64,000 nucleotides of DNA from Diadema antillarum (lineage: Eukaryota): assembly GCF_040938485.1 (NCBI RefSeq), contig NW_027270935.1, positions 930,001 to 994,000 of the forward strand, given 5' to 3'. Shown here piece by piece: positions 1-13,904 of the stretch. Each line of letters opens with the position of its first letter. The stretch's first letter is position 1. The position numbers and the translations under genes are program-made. The notes under the pieces are model-generated. The model searched no databases, was not told the origin of the DNA, and saw nothing but the letters and a program-made list of their open reading frames with translations.

Positions 1-145
1 GGAGGGCACAGACATTTTCACAAGATGTTGTTTTTGCAAATTGACATGGAGGCCTTCACAAGTGCACTATGACCTTAGCACATGATGACATTTTTGCATA
101 TTGTTAAATTCGCAGTCCAATTGTGATTCGCGAAATTCACGAAAA
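1..145. mobile_element. Fragment of a TA-flanked MITE related to 48579-48782
   Basis: Shares ...gacattttc..gatgttgttt..gcaaattgacatg...aagtgcacta...gttaaatt.gc.gtcca..gtgattc.cgaaat with the 48579 copy. Confidence 0.7.
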
Positions 146-416
146 TAACCGGTTATCATGCGAAGCAGTAAATTGTACATTACATTTTCATCGAAAGATC
201 TTCTCCAAACTTGGTAGGTAGCATTCCTAGGAGGATAGGATCTCATTTTGCTCAAAAAGGCACCATCCCACCCCCCCCCCCCCCCACACACACATAAAAT
301 CTTATAAAATCTTCTTCTCTAGAACCAGAAGAGATATATATAGCTTTAAGTCCTTTTTTTTTTTACACTGCATATTTTAACTTGAGTATGGTGTATGTGG
401 CAGGTATTTTTACCAG

Positions 417-497
417 TTTGAAGGAGTATGCAAATGGACACCATGCCCTCAGCTCTCAAAGCTGTCCCCCATTCCCCCAAGTTTACAATCTTCTGAG
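417..497 (+). CDS. TMEM179: TMEM179-like penultimate coding exon
   Basis: ttttttaccag acceptor, 81 nt open frame FEGVCK...LQSSE, GAG|gtaaga donor. The frame stays open upstream, so the acceptor could lie further 5'. Confidence 0.6.
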
Positions 498-2889
498 GTA
501 AGAGTCAGCAAGAATGCGTAGAAGGTGAACTTGCGATCTTGGACTTGCCCATGAATACATTGTACAATGTATGTTTATCTTAAAGCTGCAACTACCCCCC
601 CCCCCCCCCCCCCCCCCGACTCCACCATGAAAAGGGGGTGATTTCATTCAATGTCACAGGGGCAACACAGGTGATAGCTTTGTTTTAGCGTATTCATGAT
701 CTGCATATTCCTAGGTGGCACTCACTTGTACAAAATAATGTAGCAAGCACCTCACATCAGAGCTACCAAGTCTCACGCATTCTGCTTGAGACTCAAGCAT
801 TTAGGGGCGATCTCACGATCTCACGCATGACACCCATTTTTCTCATGCATCGGGCGAAGTCTGCAACTTGGGCCTATAATAATTAGCATAGCTCAAAAGA
901 TTAAAGTGATAGTTGCAATTGAAGGTACATTTTCCTTTTGTCTTTCAAAATAAGTAAAAAATAGTCACTTAAGTATGCACCTGCTAAAAAAAAAATTGAA
1001 AAAGCTCCCTACCGTGGGAGGCCACGGGGGGGGAAAAACACCTCCCACACCTTCGCTCCCGCGCACATTCTCATGCCGAGATGCCGAGTCATGAAAATCT
1101 CACTCATACAATTTTGTTGAACTTGGCATCCCTGTCACATCAGAAAATATGCACACAAAGAGTCACATCATGTCAGTTCCTTTGGTAAAATAATACAAAC
1201 GCTGCACAGTGGCCCATGATTGATTCAACCATTGACACAATTACTGTATACCATATGTGGTATGCTATGTACCTGGTATTTCATGTGCACAGCATTTCAT
1301 GATAATGGGATTTGTAAACACTATTCAGTGAGTGGCTGAAATCACGATCAAGACCCATTGTGACAAAATGAAAAGTGATTATTATCCCTTTATGAGAGGA
1401 AAGTGAGTTGCGTGGCACAACAGAGGATGAGATGCGAGATTTTTGTGAGTCATTAATTTTGTTAATATCAGTGGACTCATGAACTTCATGAAATATGCCT
1501 TGTTTTTATGGATCATTTATCACATAGTATGTCATTATGGGAACGCAGTGGGATCATTTCTGTTTTGACCCTTTCTGTGCCTGGGACTTTGGACAGTGTG
1601 TACAGTGCTATGGGGTCTGTGCCAAATCAAGCAGTTGTTGTTAGGGGTAGATCCAGGAATTCCATAAGGAAAGGGGGGGGGGGGTGCAAACAATATTTCT
1701 GGTGCTACTTCCAGGTTTCATCTCATTTTTTTCTTTTTATTTCTTTTGTTTTAACAACAAATAAAAGAGGGGGCACGCCCCCCTCTGGATCTGCCACTGG
1801 TTGTAAAGGAATGGAAATAATGATAAGTATACAAATGATGATAATATCTTATGATAGTAACAGCTTAAACTTGGCATCAACACCATCTAGTAAGATGTTC
1901 GTGGCACAACAAACATGTGTAATCTAGGATTAGACAAAAGGTTCTGTTTTTCAACAAAATTATATCCAACATCTCTGATATGAGTTACATTGTACACTGC
2001 CTTCTCATGTGCAATGTACCATACAGAGAACATTTTTAAAGAGGAGCGAAGGCATTGTGAATGAAATCTGTGTCGATTTCTCTTAGATTTAACAAACAGT
2101 AGAGATTAGTTGCAATTACTAGTGTTATAATGTGTATTACTGCCCATAGAATACGAAATACTGCTGCCTAGTTACTGTACATGTGTAGGAATACATGTAA
2201 CATTGTCATGTATGTCTACCTTCAATTATGAATTACTTTGTCCTCCCCACAGCACCCAACCTCTTTTTCTTCCTTTCTTTCACAATTTCTGGTAGCTGTG
2301 GCATAGTGAAACTGAATTTGATTAATGAGTGAACACTTTCACTTTTGTAAACATCAATGATGTCAGTGATACTGTGGAAATGAAAATGAAATTACAGTAA
2401 CTTAGGTAGGCAAACAAACCTGAATATACTTGTTGTCTTGTGACTTGATGTGCAGTTATGTCTTTTTTTTTCAAAGAGAAATTTTTTAGGTGGTGGAATT
2501 GCTGTTTTGTTGACAGATAAAATCCCTTATAGAAACCTGATGCATATAGCAAAGTGAATCTAATCAATAACTTTACAGAACAAAACAAAAACAACAAACA
2601 TGAAAACCGGTCTGTAAAAATTGTCATCCCCCATTTTGAAGCATGGTGCAGCTGTATAGGTCTGTTATCTCCTTTGATTTAAGATTGCTTTCACTGTGGC
2701 AACACTTAACATGGATCTCACAAAGACTCGTGCACTGTTTTTATTTATAAGTTGCAGTAGCTGCACGGACAGTATTACAGTATGTACAGTATTTTCTTTT
2801 TTCATTCCTTTGTTAAGTTTAGCATGATTATTTTTGTATGAGGAATGTGTGTTTAGGAATGTCTGCATGGATACTACATGATGAAGATG

Positions 2890-2934
<45 letters not shown>

Positions 2935-4542
2935 ACAAATCCTATCATGACTTCACAACAATAAACTGAGTGTAATATTCTTGGTTATGCAAATGCACTT
3001 TTTTATTGTTCACTGGCAAGCATGTACAGTAGCTTTGAGACCTACTTTGCCAGAACTGTGCTTCAATTTACTTTGAACATGCACCTGCAAATGTTTCAAA
3101 CATTTTGCCAGTCAATCATTTTGAATTAAAAAAAAACCACAACAGCAACAGCAACAAATCAGCACTCAATGGACAGAAATATGTGACCCGCTACAACAAA
3201 ATGATCCTAAAGTCGCGCGAGGTCGATTATTTGAAAATTGCATGATATAATCCTCTAATCTTTCTGCTTTAAATTGATATATAACACATTTTATAAAAAT
3301 AATCGGCTGCGGAGATATCAATGTTTAAAAGAGAGCATGTCGAGACGTCTGGAAAATCACTGTTTCGAAAAAAGCGCCCTAAAAGTCTTCCTTTCGACGC
3401 AATCGCGGTCAAGGGACAAGTCAGTTTTCACCTCTGGACAATAGAAGGTAAGCCCTAGCAACCCCCGAATAGTTCATTCAAGCACATCAGCGTCGGCGGT
3501 CTCCTCACCAACCAATCAGTGACCAGGATGTGAGAAGCGGCTGAGCATAGCGCACCCCGCCCGCACGCACCAGTCGACTGGGCAGTGTGCGAGCTTCACG
3601 CTTCGGTTAGCAGCAAGCAGCAAACTGACCAATGAGATCACTCTGGTCGTTGTTAGGGGCGGAACCTATTTGTGGCGCTCAATCCAAATTTTCGAACCAG
3701 TTTCTGCTTCGTTGAAACGCCAAAAAACATGGCTCAGAAAAACGCTATTTTTTATCTTTCCTTTGATCATTTTGCTTCAAAATTTCGACAGATGATAGAA
3801 GACATGTTAGACTCCAATGATATATCAAAACCAGAAAATCGTAAGTTTTGACCAATTCTAATGCTCTGACTTCAAACTCGATTTTCACGGCTTTGACCGT
3901 GCGCGACTTTAGGACCTTTTTGTTGTAGCGGGTCACATATGGCTATGATGCAGCATCTTACAGGGACATCAGAGTTTGTCTTTGCCATGTCACTATAACA
4001 TATAAAAAATGTTTGATGACAAATTAGGTAGGCTAGAGAAAGGAAATGAAGGAATTAATGAAGAAGTACAATGTAAAGCAAAAGGAAATAGTAATATTCA
4101 CTTAATTTAGTAGAATTGCTAACTACTGTGCCCTCATTGCTTGGCATTTTGGTATGAAGCATGAAAGATTTTAAAGCCATGAGTGCAAGGTACAAAGTGT
4201 CTGTCATGTTGACCCTATGTATCCCACTGTTGAGACTGAGATCCAGAGCCCCTGTGTATAACAGTGTATGTACAGGATGGAAACTTTGTTCCTCTTTAAC
4301 CCGTCGAGGACAGTTTGATTTTGCTACAACACACATTTCCCATAGACACCTGCCCGAGTATACTTGGGACTCGTCCTCAACGGGTTAATTGGAAGAATTA
4401 CCTAAATGTGTGAGAAGACGCCTTGTAGCACTTTTTTTTTTTTTCATTTATAAATGCAGGAACTCGGGGTATATGAATACACAGATATTGCAATGATATT
4501 TCTTTGCTTCACTTGGTTTAATGTCAATCACATGTTGTATGT

Positions 4543-4598
<56 letters not shown>

Positions 4599-5995
4599 CT
4601 TTGAGTGCCACGAGATTGCATGTTGCACAATAGTTATGCATGCCTGAAAGACTCAAAGCCCAAAATCAGTGTGGGAATTATATTATATTCTGAACCTTAT
4701 GCATAAAAAAATGTTACCATGGCGACGTAGAAGCTTGCGTGTTTGCTCAACTGTTCTATGATCGGTTAGAAATGTTAATATGTCCACTACAAGTGGATAT
4801 TGACAAAAGAACTTAAAAGCTTACAAGTTGTAGATATATGGCAGATATCAGGGGCTGTTAGTTTGAGATATCCTTACAAAATACCATTTTGTGAATCAAT
4901 TCATGATTTCAGTAACATGCATACGCATTTCTTTTCACCTTTGATAAATAACATGAAATACAGTATTTGGGCATAAAGTCTTAAACTGATTTTCAAAATT
5001 TATTCGATGTGTGTGCATCTAATCTACCAGTTTTCAATGAATAATTTGAATTTGTTTTGTGCACTCGTTTGTCAAATAATTTCCATTTGGAAAAAAAACT
5101 TCCTTGTATAAACCATTCAAATTTTTGCATTATTATGCAACAAAGGACTTCCATGACAACTTTCATATTTGTCAGATTTGATGTAGAGGTTTGCATATAA
5201 CAGCAGCCACCGAAATGTAGTATACATGCAATTGTGTCATACATGTGCAAATATGAATGTTCATTGTAGGATAGTGTAAATGCTGTGTATACACAGCAGA
5301 AAGATTGAAGTTCACAAACTCGGCTACATTGTGAAACTAAAATATTGAAAAGCATTAATAAGCATTGTACTTCATCCTTCTGGTTTCACAGTGAGGGCTA
5401 ATAAGTACACTGGTACCGGTACTCATTTATTTTTTTCCCTTTGCTGGCACTATAAATCAATCTTAAAGAAGTGACAAGTTTGTTTGTTACAGTTGGTGTA
5501 TATATGGAATATACACCAATTTATTTCCGTCAAAGTATTTGCTTTAGTTTTGTTTGCTTCAAAGTTTTCAGTATTTGATTCACATCTGGCTCATGATTAC
5601 CAAGTTGGAAGCTAAAATTGCATAAGAGTTTTTAGACCAAATTATACCGACTGCAGTTTATTTGAAAATGCTATGATACCTTGCATTTTAATGCAAAGTT
5701 CGTAATTTTTTTTTTTTTAAGGATCGATGAACTTGGCCATATCACAGGATTTAAATCAAAGGGTGTTGAGAATGTTTTTGATGAAGAGCTCAGTATATTG
5801 GTGTTTCTGATCCAACCGTACTGCCTGCATCATTGACGGCCATCTTAACTTCTCTCATTGCAGAGTGCATCATGGTTCTCAGTCCTCTTCTGGGTCATCA
5901 TCGCTGTAATCTCCATCATCCGTCGGGTACGGGACAAACCCACGCTGGACCCGGGATCAGACAAGGCGCCCATCAGTCCCAACGTGGTTATCTAG
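417..5995 (+). CDS. TMEM179: Gene model span (5'-partial): last two coding exons of a probable TMEM179-family multi-pass membrane protein
   Basis: Exons 417-497 and 5864-5995 join in phase 0 and give FEGVCKWTPCPQLSKLSPIPPSLQSSE|SASWFSVLFWVIIAVISIIRRVRDKPTLDPGSDKAPISPNVVI*. The Cys spacing and final hydrophobic helix resemble TMEM179/TMEM179B (e.g. HNAETSSWVNLVLW). Adjacency to an MTA gene supports the call. The family assignment is from recalled similarity only. Confidence 0.6.
758..1134. mobile_element. hAT-like non-autonomous element
   Basis: Termini CAGAGCTACCAAGT...ACTTGGCATCCCTG. An 8-bp duplication TCACATCA lies at 752-759 (overlapping the left CA) and 1135-1142. Confidence 0.75.
1642..1799. 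mobile_element. hAT-like MITE (CAGTGGCGGATCCAG type)
   Basis: Imperfect TIRs taggggtagatccag / ctggatctgccactg; the flanks share GTTGT. Confidence 0.6.
2890..2938. repeat. (ACA)n microsatellite
   Basis: Direct reading. Confidence 0.95.
3182..3937. mobile_element. Non-autonomous DNA transposon with about 44-bp TIRs, TGT...ACA termini, flanked by TA
   Basis: TGTGACCCGCTACAACAAAATGATCCTAAAGTCGCGC at the left end; the right end reverse-complements to TGTGACCCGCTACAACAAAAAGGTCCTAAAGTCGCGC. The interior is CpG-rich. The superfamily is unresolved. Confidence 0.85.
4300..4384. mobile_element. 85-bp piggyBac-like MITE
   Basis: TTAA|CCCGTCGAGGAC...GTCCTCAACGGG|TTAA; second copy at 55799-55883. Confidence 0.85.
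4541..4597. repeat. (GT)n microsatellite
   Basis: Direct reading. Confidence 0.95.
5864..5995 (+). CDS. TMEM179: TMEM179-like last coding exon (transmembrane helix plus cytoplasmic tail)
   Basis: ttctctcattgcag acceptor; GC-richer 132 nt SASWFSVLFWVIIAVISII...NVVI, TAG stop. Confidence 0.7.
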   Translation, partial: SASWFSVLFWVIIAVISIIRRVRDKPTLDPGSDKAPISPNVVI

Positions 5996-8900
5996 ACGGC
6001 TGAAGAAGGACGGCCGAGAAGGAATTGATTCTTTGAAACTCCTTTTGTTTAGCAGCACCATACATTTATGTATAATCCCTCCCAAAAGCCCATCTTGCAT
6101 ACTCATTCCCCTTCTTTTTTTATTCTTTTAATGAGCACAGTATGATCGGCGTATTTGATAATATTTAAAATTAAGGTCACCTTGCCTAACTTCAGTATCT
6201 TTTCATTGTATGTCCTTCACCTTTGACACATGCGATCAAGAGTCAGTCCATTTCACTCGCGACCTTATCTAGGCATGACATTTTAACGAAAGTTAGTGCG
6301 AGTTCCACAATTTGATGACGTGCTTGCCTAACAGAAAGTCATGTACAATATGCAGATGCCAGCAACAAATCCTGGAGCTTGCAATCCTCTGAGCAGGAGT
6401 ACTGCAGCATTTGTCTCAATTGTGATCGCGTTGCGTGTCTCACCTATAGGCAAGCTGAGTCAATGCATGTGAAAAGTTGGACAAAAGACTGGATTCTATC
6501 CATCACCATTATGGCCATATGATATTCTGATTCGAGCATTTTATAATTCTCTAGACTGTAGGCTTTCTAATGACATGTGACTTGTCCCACCTCATTTTCT
6601 AAAACCTTCCCAGGAACAGTTAAGAAAGCTGGTCGCTAAATTATTGCACGTGTAAAGAAAAATGGCTTTGAAGTTCAAAATGTAAGAGATTGTGCACATG
6701 AACACAATGAGTACCTTCTAGATACCATGGTACCATGCTTCATAAAAGCTGAAAAGTTTTGTGATTTCACACCATTCTTAATCTTTGAAATAGGAACATG
6801 AAACACAAGTATGGTGTCAGCATTACATGGCAATGGGAAGAATGTGTGTCATTCTTTATTTACTTCATGGAATGTTATGATCTTTTAGTGTCAAGCTTGA
6901 ATTAGCTACAGTGACAATGTTTTTGCTGTCATATGGTAGCATTAAAAAACATCCTGCATTCAGTGCCTTTTGTATTGCAGCTAGAAATGTGTGGTACGTG
7001 GCAATTTTTTTTTTTTTTCCAAAAGATGTGCAGTAAATATCCCGTATGAAGAATCAGCATTACTTTTACAAGAATTGGATACTTATAAGTACTTCAAAAC
7101 TTTAGAAGTTTAAGAACAACAAAATTCTTCAGCTTATGAGAGTAGTAAGGGCATGAGAATTTCCTGCTATGAAAGGCAAATACTATAGATGCCAATTACA
7201 TACTGCACGAGTATAATAATAACATGTGAGATGATTCTGCAATTTGCGATTGAGAATCACAGTCACAGAATGAGAAATAAGTACCAGGTATGTCCCTCTT
7301 CAAGAGAAATTTAGCAATTTCTTACCTTGGATATGATAATGAACATTTTTTTTTTCTTTTTGCACGTGGCAATATATTCATTGGCAATTTCATGAATATC
7401 AGTTGCTTCCCAAAATTTGCCAAAACAATAACATGGCGAATTATTCCACATCTATATGTAGAATGAAGATGGCATGTGCAAATGAAATTTAATTTGAGTA
7501 GAGAACTATACATGATGTACATGCTAGGTCTGCCTCTATTCATCACTTTCACCAGTTTTCACTGGCAATATCAAAATTTGAGAAATGTGATATTTCAGTC
7601 TTGTAAAAAAAAAGTTACCATGTGGATTTCTTGTCCAATACTCAGATGTTCACCACCAAATTTGCTTTCAAATGCATGTATGCATAAAATTGTTTAGACT
7701 CAAGAAATTATTGGAACAGAATATAAAATTGAGAATATCACACTTATTAACAGTGTGCCAATTTGCCATGTATATAAACCGTTGATGTATGTATTATTAT
7801 TTTTTCTATTTGAAAAATAGGAGGAAGTATCTGATGCAATTCAACAGATGCTTTATATATATTTTTGTGCTTATGTTGGAGCTGGCAATCCATCCATTTT
7901 ACACATCTTCTTTGCTTTCTCTTTCTCTTTATGTCTGTGTATTCAAGTCATGTACCAGATTTGAAAGCACTAGGAGTATGCATACTGCCCCCCCCCCCCT
8001 CCCCAGAAAAAAACCAGCAACCCAACAATATCAAATTCAAGGTCTCCGTTTCTGTTCATAGGGTTATACATGTATGTGCACCCCATAATTGGTAACTGTC
8101 AAAAAGTAACAAGCAGCGAAGGATTTTTTAATGAAACGCTATGAAATTTTTCTAGATGTCTACTCTCTTTGAAATCATGCACTTGATATTTCATATTGCA
8201 TGGGGCTGATCCTTTCGTAAGTGTGTGTGAAATAGATTAGATTCCTTGCAACTTGCCACTCTTTCTTTTCTACATTCATGTCTGCTCATTAGTGCAGCAT
8301 ATTTGACATTTAGAGAGTGACTTTTTCTCAAGCCATTCCATTCCATTTTGCTGGGAAGGTTCCAAGGTTGGTTGTCGAAAATGAATAAAAAGCAGAAAAG
8401 GTCACCTTTCATGAGATGACTGATTAAATAGGATTATGACAGGATTCCTGAGCCTGTGTGTTTTTTTTTTTTTTTGGTTGAAAACTAGGTAACTTGCACA
8501 ACACCACAAATGCAGATGCCACACAACTGAAATGCTGGTTTCTCATCAGTTTTGATGAGCCGATGTCTTGGTTGTTTGGGGTTTTTTTTTTGCAGGTGAC
8601 GATTGATGTGTGAATCCTAAATCCTTGTAATGCTGTTTTCTCCCCTATGGACACAAACTGTGAAGTTTGTGGCAAGGAAATAGAAAGTCTTGGTTTATAT
8701 TCTTAATCTTACCTTGATTCTCATTCCTTGCTGGATTATAGTTTGCCTGTAAAGCCAAAAACACTCTTCTTGGTTTCAGTGATGCGCATCACTTAAATTT
8801 GCGTAACAAAATTAACAAGAAGTATTGTGACTGTCTTTGTGTGCTTATTACAGAAGCAATGTGTCATTATAATCATATGTACTAAGTGAGGATCTTACTT

Positions 8901-10282
8901 TTGTAAAGTGCCTATAATATGCCTGTCTAGTGAAAAATGTGTAATGCAAAAGCAACTCAAAAATGCCGCCAAGTATTCTTGATGTGAGAATCTGAGGAAA
9001 TGATCACAAGGTAAAAATGTGAAATAATGTTTTCGTTGTACAATCTGATTTTGCTTCTTGCTTATATTTTTAGCTTAATTTCTTGTATAACAATTACAAA
9101 GTTGTCGCATATATTTTTGTCTTTTTATAACTATGTTCTTTGATACAACAAGAGTTAACTGTAACTGTTGCTAGTTTTAGATGCATGTATGCTCATTCCC
9201 CGACATGCCCATTTTGTTAGTACCTTTCAAATATACCATGTTTCTTGTGTTATTAAACTTATTGTGTATACAGCATTCATGTACATGTGCAAACATCACA
9301 ATGTGTAATGCTCTGTACACTTCAACATGTTCATTAATATTTGAAAAATATTATGCCAAGACATTTCTGATGCTGACTTTACGCAGAATAGACGCTGTTG
9401 TGGCTTTCACAAGCTAAATTCAGACAAGACAATTCTGCAGCAACTCGTGCATATTTCACAAATGACATTGTTTACAGAACAAAAAAATGATACATGGATA
9501 AGAATTAGGGAGGTGTCAAATTTGTTCCACATGTTTAATATTTTTCAGTTGTGAGTTCAGCTTGCATTTTCAGGTATCTTAACATGGTACTATTACTTTA
9601 AAGGAGTTTTCTTTTTTTAATTGTTACTCCTCTGCCATGAGATGACTTGGGCAACAATGATCATGGAATGTTTAGCTTTTTCTCTCGTGCAGAGTTTTGC
9701 ATGCATCATGATGTGGTACTTAGTAGTTTATTGCATATTATTCATTCTGACTGAGTACTACAGAATTACACTGTGCACATTATAATATTTTTTGTGCATC
9801 ATGCTTGTTTCCTGTGTAGAGATGCATGTCAAAGTTGCAAGTGTATTCACAGAATTCCAAAGCTGGTAGAGGTAAGAGTTTAATTCAATATAAGTGTCAT
9901 TGTAGCAATACTTACCTACAAAGAGAAAGCTAAACGACAGGCTTTACATACATAGATTTGATGATATATTCACATAATTATATACAACATGTATACTTAC
10001 AAATCTGTATGCTTGGAATCTATTTTGTGCAAGTGGCATTGTGACATTAGCATTTGCACATAGGAGTATTGTAATTTGGTACAAGTAAACTCCATTTGTA
10101 ATAATTTATATCAGTATGTTAGCATTAATACAACTCTTCCCTCTTTGATCTTCTACAAAAAGTTTGAAAGTTTCTACCGAGACTGCAACCCCCCATTTTT
10201 TGTTGCATTCTTTGTAATTTGTATTGATGCGAGTTGATATTTTCAGTTTGACTATAGACATCAGTGATGAGCACATGAATTA

Positions 10283-10460
10283 CAGTGCACTCCCGTTATG
10301 ACAAACATGGGTATAACGAAGTTCTCGTTACAACAAAATTGAAATTCAGGTCCCAAAATTATCATCTAATTTTCTTTATATACTATATTGTTCTGCTATG
10401 ATGAAATTTTGATAAATGAAAGAAAATTGATGGTCCCGAGGCCTTGCAATAATGCCATAT
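10283..10460. mobile_element. Degenerate pogo/Tigger-like MITE (same family as 11723-11894)
   Basis: TA|CAGTGCACTCCCGTTATGAC left end and interior align with the 11723 copy; the right end is decayed and its boundary approximate. Confidence 0.65.
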
Positions 10461-11722
10461 AGCGCAGACATACCTGTCAGCATAGCGACATTTCTAGTTT
10501 GTAGAATGGTACAAAATGACAAAGTTATTGGGCACAAAGTGTACTTAAGCACAGAATAGACCATTTCTGGCAATTTTTTGGCTTTAAAAGTGGTAAGATA
10601 TTTTTAAAAATTCATTTCAAGGACCATAACATGGTATCTGGCGGTATATTTTACACAAATTTAAATGTTTTATAGATTTCTCTGCCCCCCACCTCCAAAG
10701 CGAAACAAAATTAGTCCTGAAAGCGTATGTATACTCACATCCTCATAAGTACATATGTACTATGATGTAAATATGCAGTTGTGTGCAAGGCTCTGTAAGG
10801 TAAGAGGTGAGATGTAATATGCATACACAAACTTTTCAGCATATTTGTACTATCGAACAAACATCAAAAGATGTAGAAAAGGTTTGGTTTCTAAATCTTG
10901 AAGGACCTTCTACATGCTGTCTGACTTTATACACTACAGATACAAATAGTTTGAATATGTTGCAGTGATTGTGTGCTTGCAATGAATTTTGTGTAATATC
11001 AGCTGTTGCAAATGCATGGTGAGCACATTGTTAGATTCTTCTAAGATTTTGAAGTTCATTTACATTCGTTTTCACGTTTTAAAACTGAGAGAAAATGGCC
11101 ATGTTTGCATTCAAGTCTCCTCTTTACATATATCTTATGTACACATTTTTTGAGATGTAAAGTTAACATTGCTTTTGTAGCATGTGGGAAACAGTGTTTT
11201 GTCACATTTGTACAAGAAGTGAAATTTTCAGATGCATCACATGCATTTCTGATTATTTTTTGCTAGTCACCTGGATGTGTAATTTTTTTTCTCACTCATT
11301 TTTAATCTCAGTTGTCTCACGATTTCAGACATAAATATTACATTTTTTTTTTTGCAATGTCTGAAAAGACAAGTGTAGCATTTGGCATACCGCAGCTATT
11401 CTTTTCTATTCACTTTTGCAATTGTGGTGTTAACCTTTAGGCACACCATGATGAGTAAAAATAAACAAGCCTCTCCACAAACTACTTTATCTCTCTTACT
11501 TCTTTAGCGTGTCATCTTTGCACAATTTCTGAACACATTGCATGCCTAAATCTAGATGCCACATTGGCAAAAACACTTGACAACATGCTAGGGAGTAGCA
11601 AAGGAGAACTGGTTTTATGTACAGAAGTTTATTAGCATCCTTTTTATTCAGGATTTGCCATGGAACCAAACATTTCCATTTCATTGGAATCATCCCCCAC
11701 CCCCTTTACAGTGTTTGGTGTA

Positions 11723-11894
11723 CAGTGCACTCCTGTTATAACGAACACGGTCATAACGAAATTCTGGTTACAACGAAGTAGAAATTCAGGACGCAACATC
11801 TGCTCTGTTTTTTTTAATTTTTTATTGTTCATTTGTTTGGATGTAACAAACTGTCAATATAGTGAAAGAAAACTGTTATAACAGGAGTCCACTG
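11723..11894. mobile_element. pogo/Tigger-like MITE (Tc1/mariner superfamily)
   Basis: TA|CAGTGCACTCCTGTTATAAC...GTTATAACAGGAGTCCACTG|TA; 20-bp TIR with one mismatch. Confidence 0.85.
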
Positions 11895-12635
11895 TATATG
11901 AAATCAAAGGGTACAGGGGAATCCCAGTGGAATTCCATCCCTATTACAGAATGGAGAAGAAAAACTGTGTGCATTTATGACCATGTAATAATACATGTAC
12001 ATCAAACAGCCATTCTACTTACCACAATTTTTATTTGATGAATTTTACATATCTCTGTCAAACTTTTCAGCACTCCCGATTTTGATAAATCTTTTTAATT
12101 ATTTCTGAGCTTCTGCATTACAATGAAAGTACACGTATATGAACAGAGTGTTGTGAAAAACACCATATCAGCGCAAGAGCACAAATTATGTGTTGATACC
12201 TGCACTACACACATAATCACTCACCAACATTCTGGTTTTCTGGCTGAGTAGTAATATAAATTCATGACGACACATCCCAGCGGGTGGTCCCATTAAATCC
12301 CAATTCTGAAATGCTGAGTAAAGGTTGACATTGAATTGAATATACAGCCTTTCCCCTACACAAGTCCACTTCCATCCTTTCCAGTAATGACCAGTGTTCT
12401 ATTTTTGAGAGGGAAACCCAAATCTACATTCAGGCTGACTTTAGTTGCCAAGTAAATTGATCAAACCGACCTGTGAGAGTCTCAGGACTGTACATAAAAA
12501 AAATACATCTTATGAAATCTCAAAGTTTCACATAACCCTATGACATCACATTTTTTTTTTGCAAATATAACAGTGACTGATATCACTGTTAGGGGGGAAA
12601 AAAAAGATGATACATGTATTTCATAATTCTACACA

Positions 12636-12641
12636 TTTATT
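12636..12641 (-). terminator. Candidate polyadenylation signal for MTA (would imply a 3' UTR of about 4 kb)
   Basis: AATAAA on the minus strand followed by T/GT-rich sequence; the motif is common in AT-rich DNA, so support is weak. Confidence 0.25.
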
Positions 12642-13852
12642 GTTTCTCTGCAACTTGAGTCAACCTGAACATGGGAGTTTCACTTTCAATGCACAAACCC
12701 TTTTCCCCACATCACAGGAAGTATACTATGCAGACTGATACAGTATATCTTACAGCCATGGGAGCTAAGCAGAGAGCATATCAAGAGGTGTCCACAGTTC
12801 GCTCCTCAGAAAAGATCGTGGCATTGTAGATACATTGTGTACGTAATAGAGCTGTGCCATATCAACATGTATCTCATGTCACACTGGCCCACCTCTGAAC
12901 TCGTGTCATTGATAACAGAACATAGTCCTAGCTCAGCACGATAAAGCAAGGAGTATGTAACCTTGTGCATAGGCTGAACATTACTGGAGTCTTTTACTCT
13001 TGAGATCCAACACAAATTTTGAGAAAATTTCATTTTGAAGAAACACAAAACAAAAGCAAACAGACGTACGGACAACCCCCACACAAAACAAAACAAAACA
13101 AAACAAAGTTTTTACAGTTATGTGTTCAGCATGCCTGGTGTGGCACCATTCTTGTAGGATCATACAGAACCTTTGAGAAATCCTTATGAATACCACCTGC
13201 CACTTGCTTAGATGTGTGCCCTTTCTTCTATGTATGAGATAAAGGTCATATCAATAACCTATATTTGCTGCTTCTTCACATATTAAATCCCTGGTACTAA
13301 CATGTCAATGCCTATAAAATCCAATTAACATTACCTTTCTGATACACAACATGCAAACAATTTCTCATTTGAATCAAAAAGTCCACATCCTCATTTACAT
13401 GTGAATATATACAGAGCACATTTGGGTTGGTGGCTTAAATACATGCATGGTACTACTCTACAGGTAGAAAAGATATATGTACAACTAACTACAAGTTACA
13501 GTTAATCTAAATGTTGAAACTGACTCGACAGTCTCATGAAATGAATGAGATTCTCTGATTCCCGGCAAATATACAATTATGTAGACTACAATTAACAAGA
13601 GAGAAAAAAAAAAATCATTGAACCAGCTTACACACTTGAGCTGTAAAACACAATCTTACAACATACCATTTGGGATGGCAATGTTTCATTTTACTTACAC
13701 ATTCTGCACATATCTCAAGTATAAATTTTTCAAACTGACATTCATGAAGAAATACTGGCTAATTCACTTTTTTCTTACTAAGTAAAATTTGTAAAATTAC
13801 TATGAATTTCATTGCATGCACTAGAAAGCTGGAATGAAAAAATAATGATGAC

Positions 13853-13896
<44 letters not shown>

Positions 13897-13904
13897 TAAT
13901 AATA
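13853..13904. repeat. (AAT)n microsatellite
   Basis: Direct reading. Confidence 0.95.

Noticed and set aside
271-617. Long poly-C runs as functional G-quadruplex or i-motif sites
   Set aside because: Similar homopolymer runs recur throughout the window with no positional pattern.
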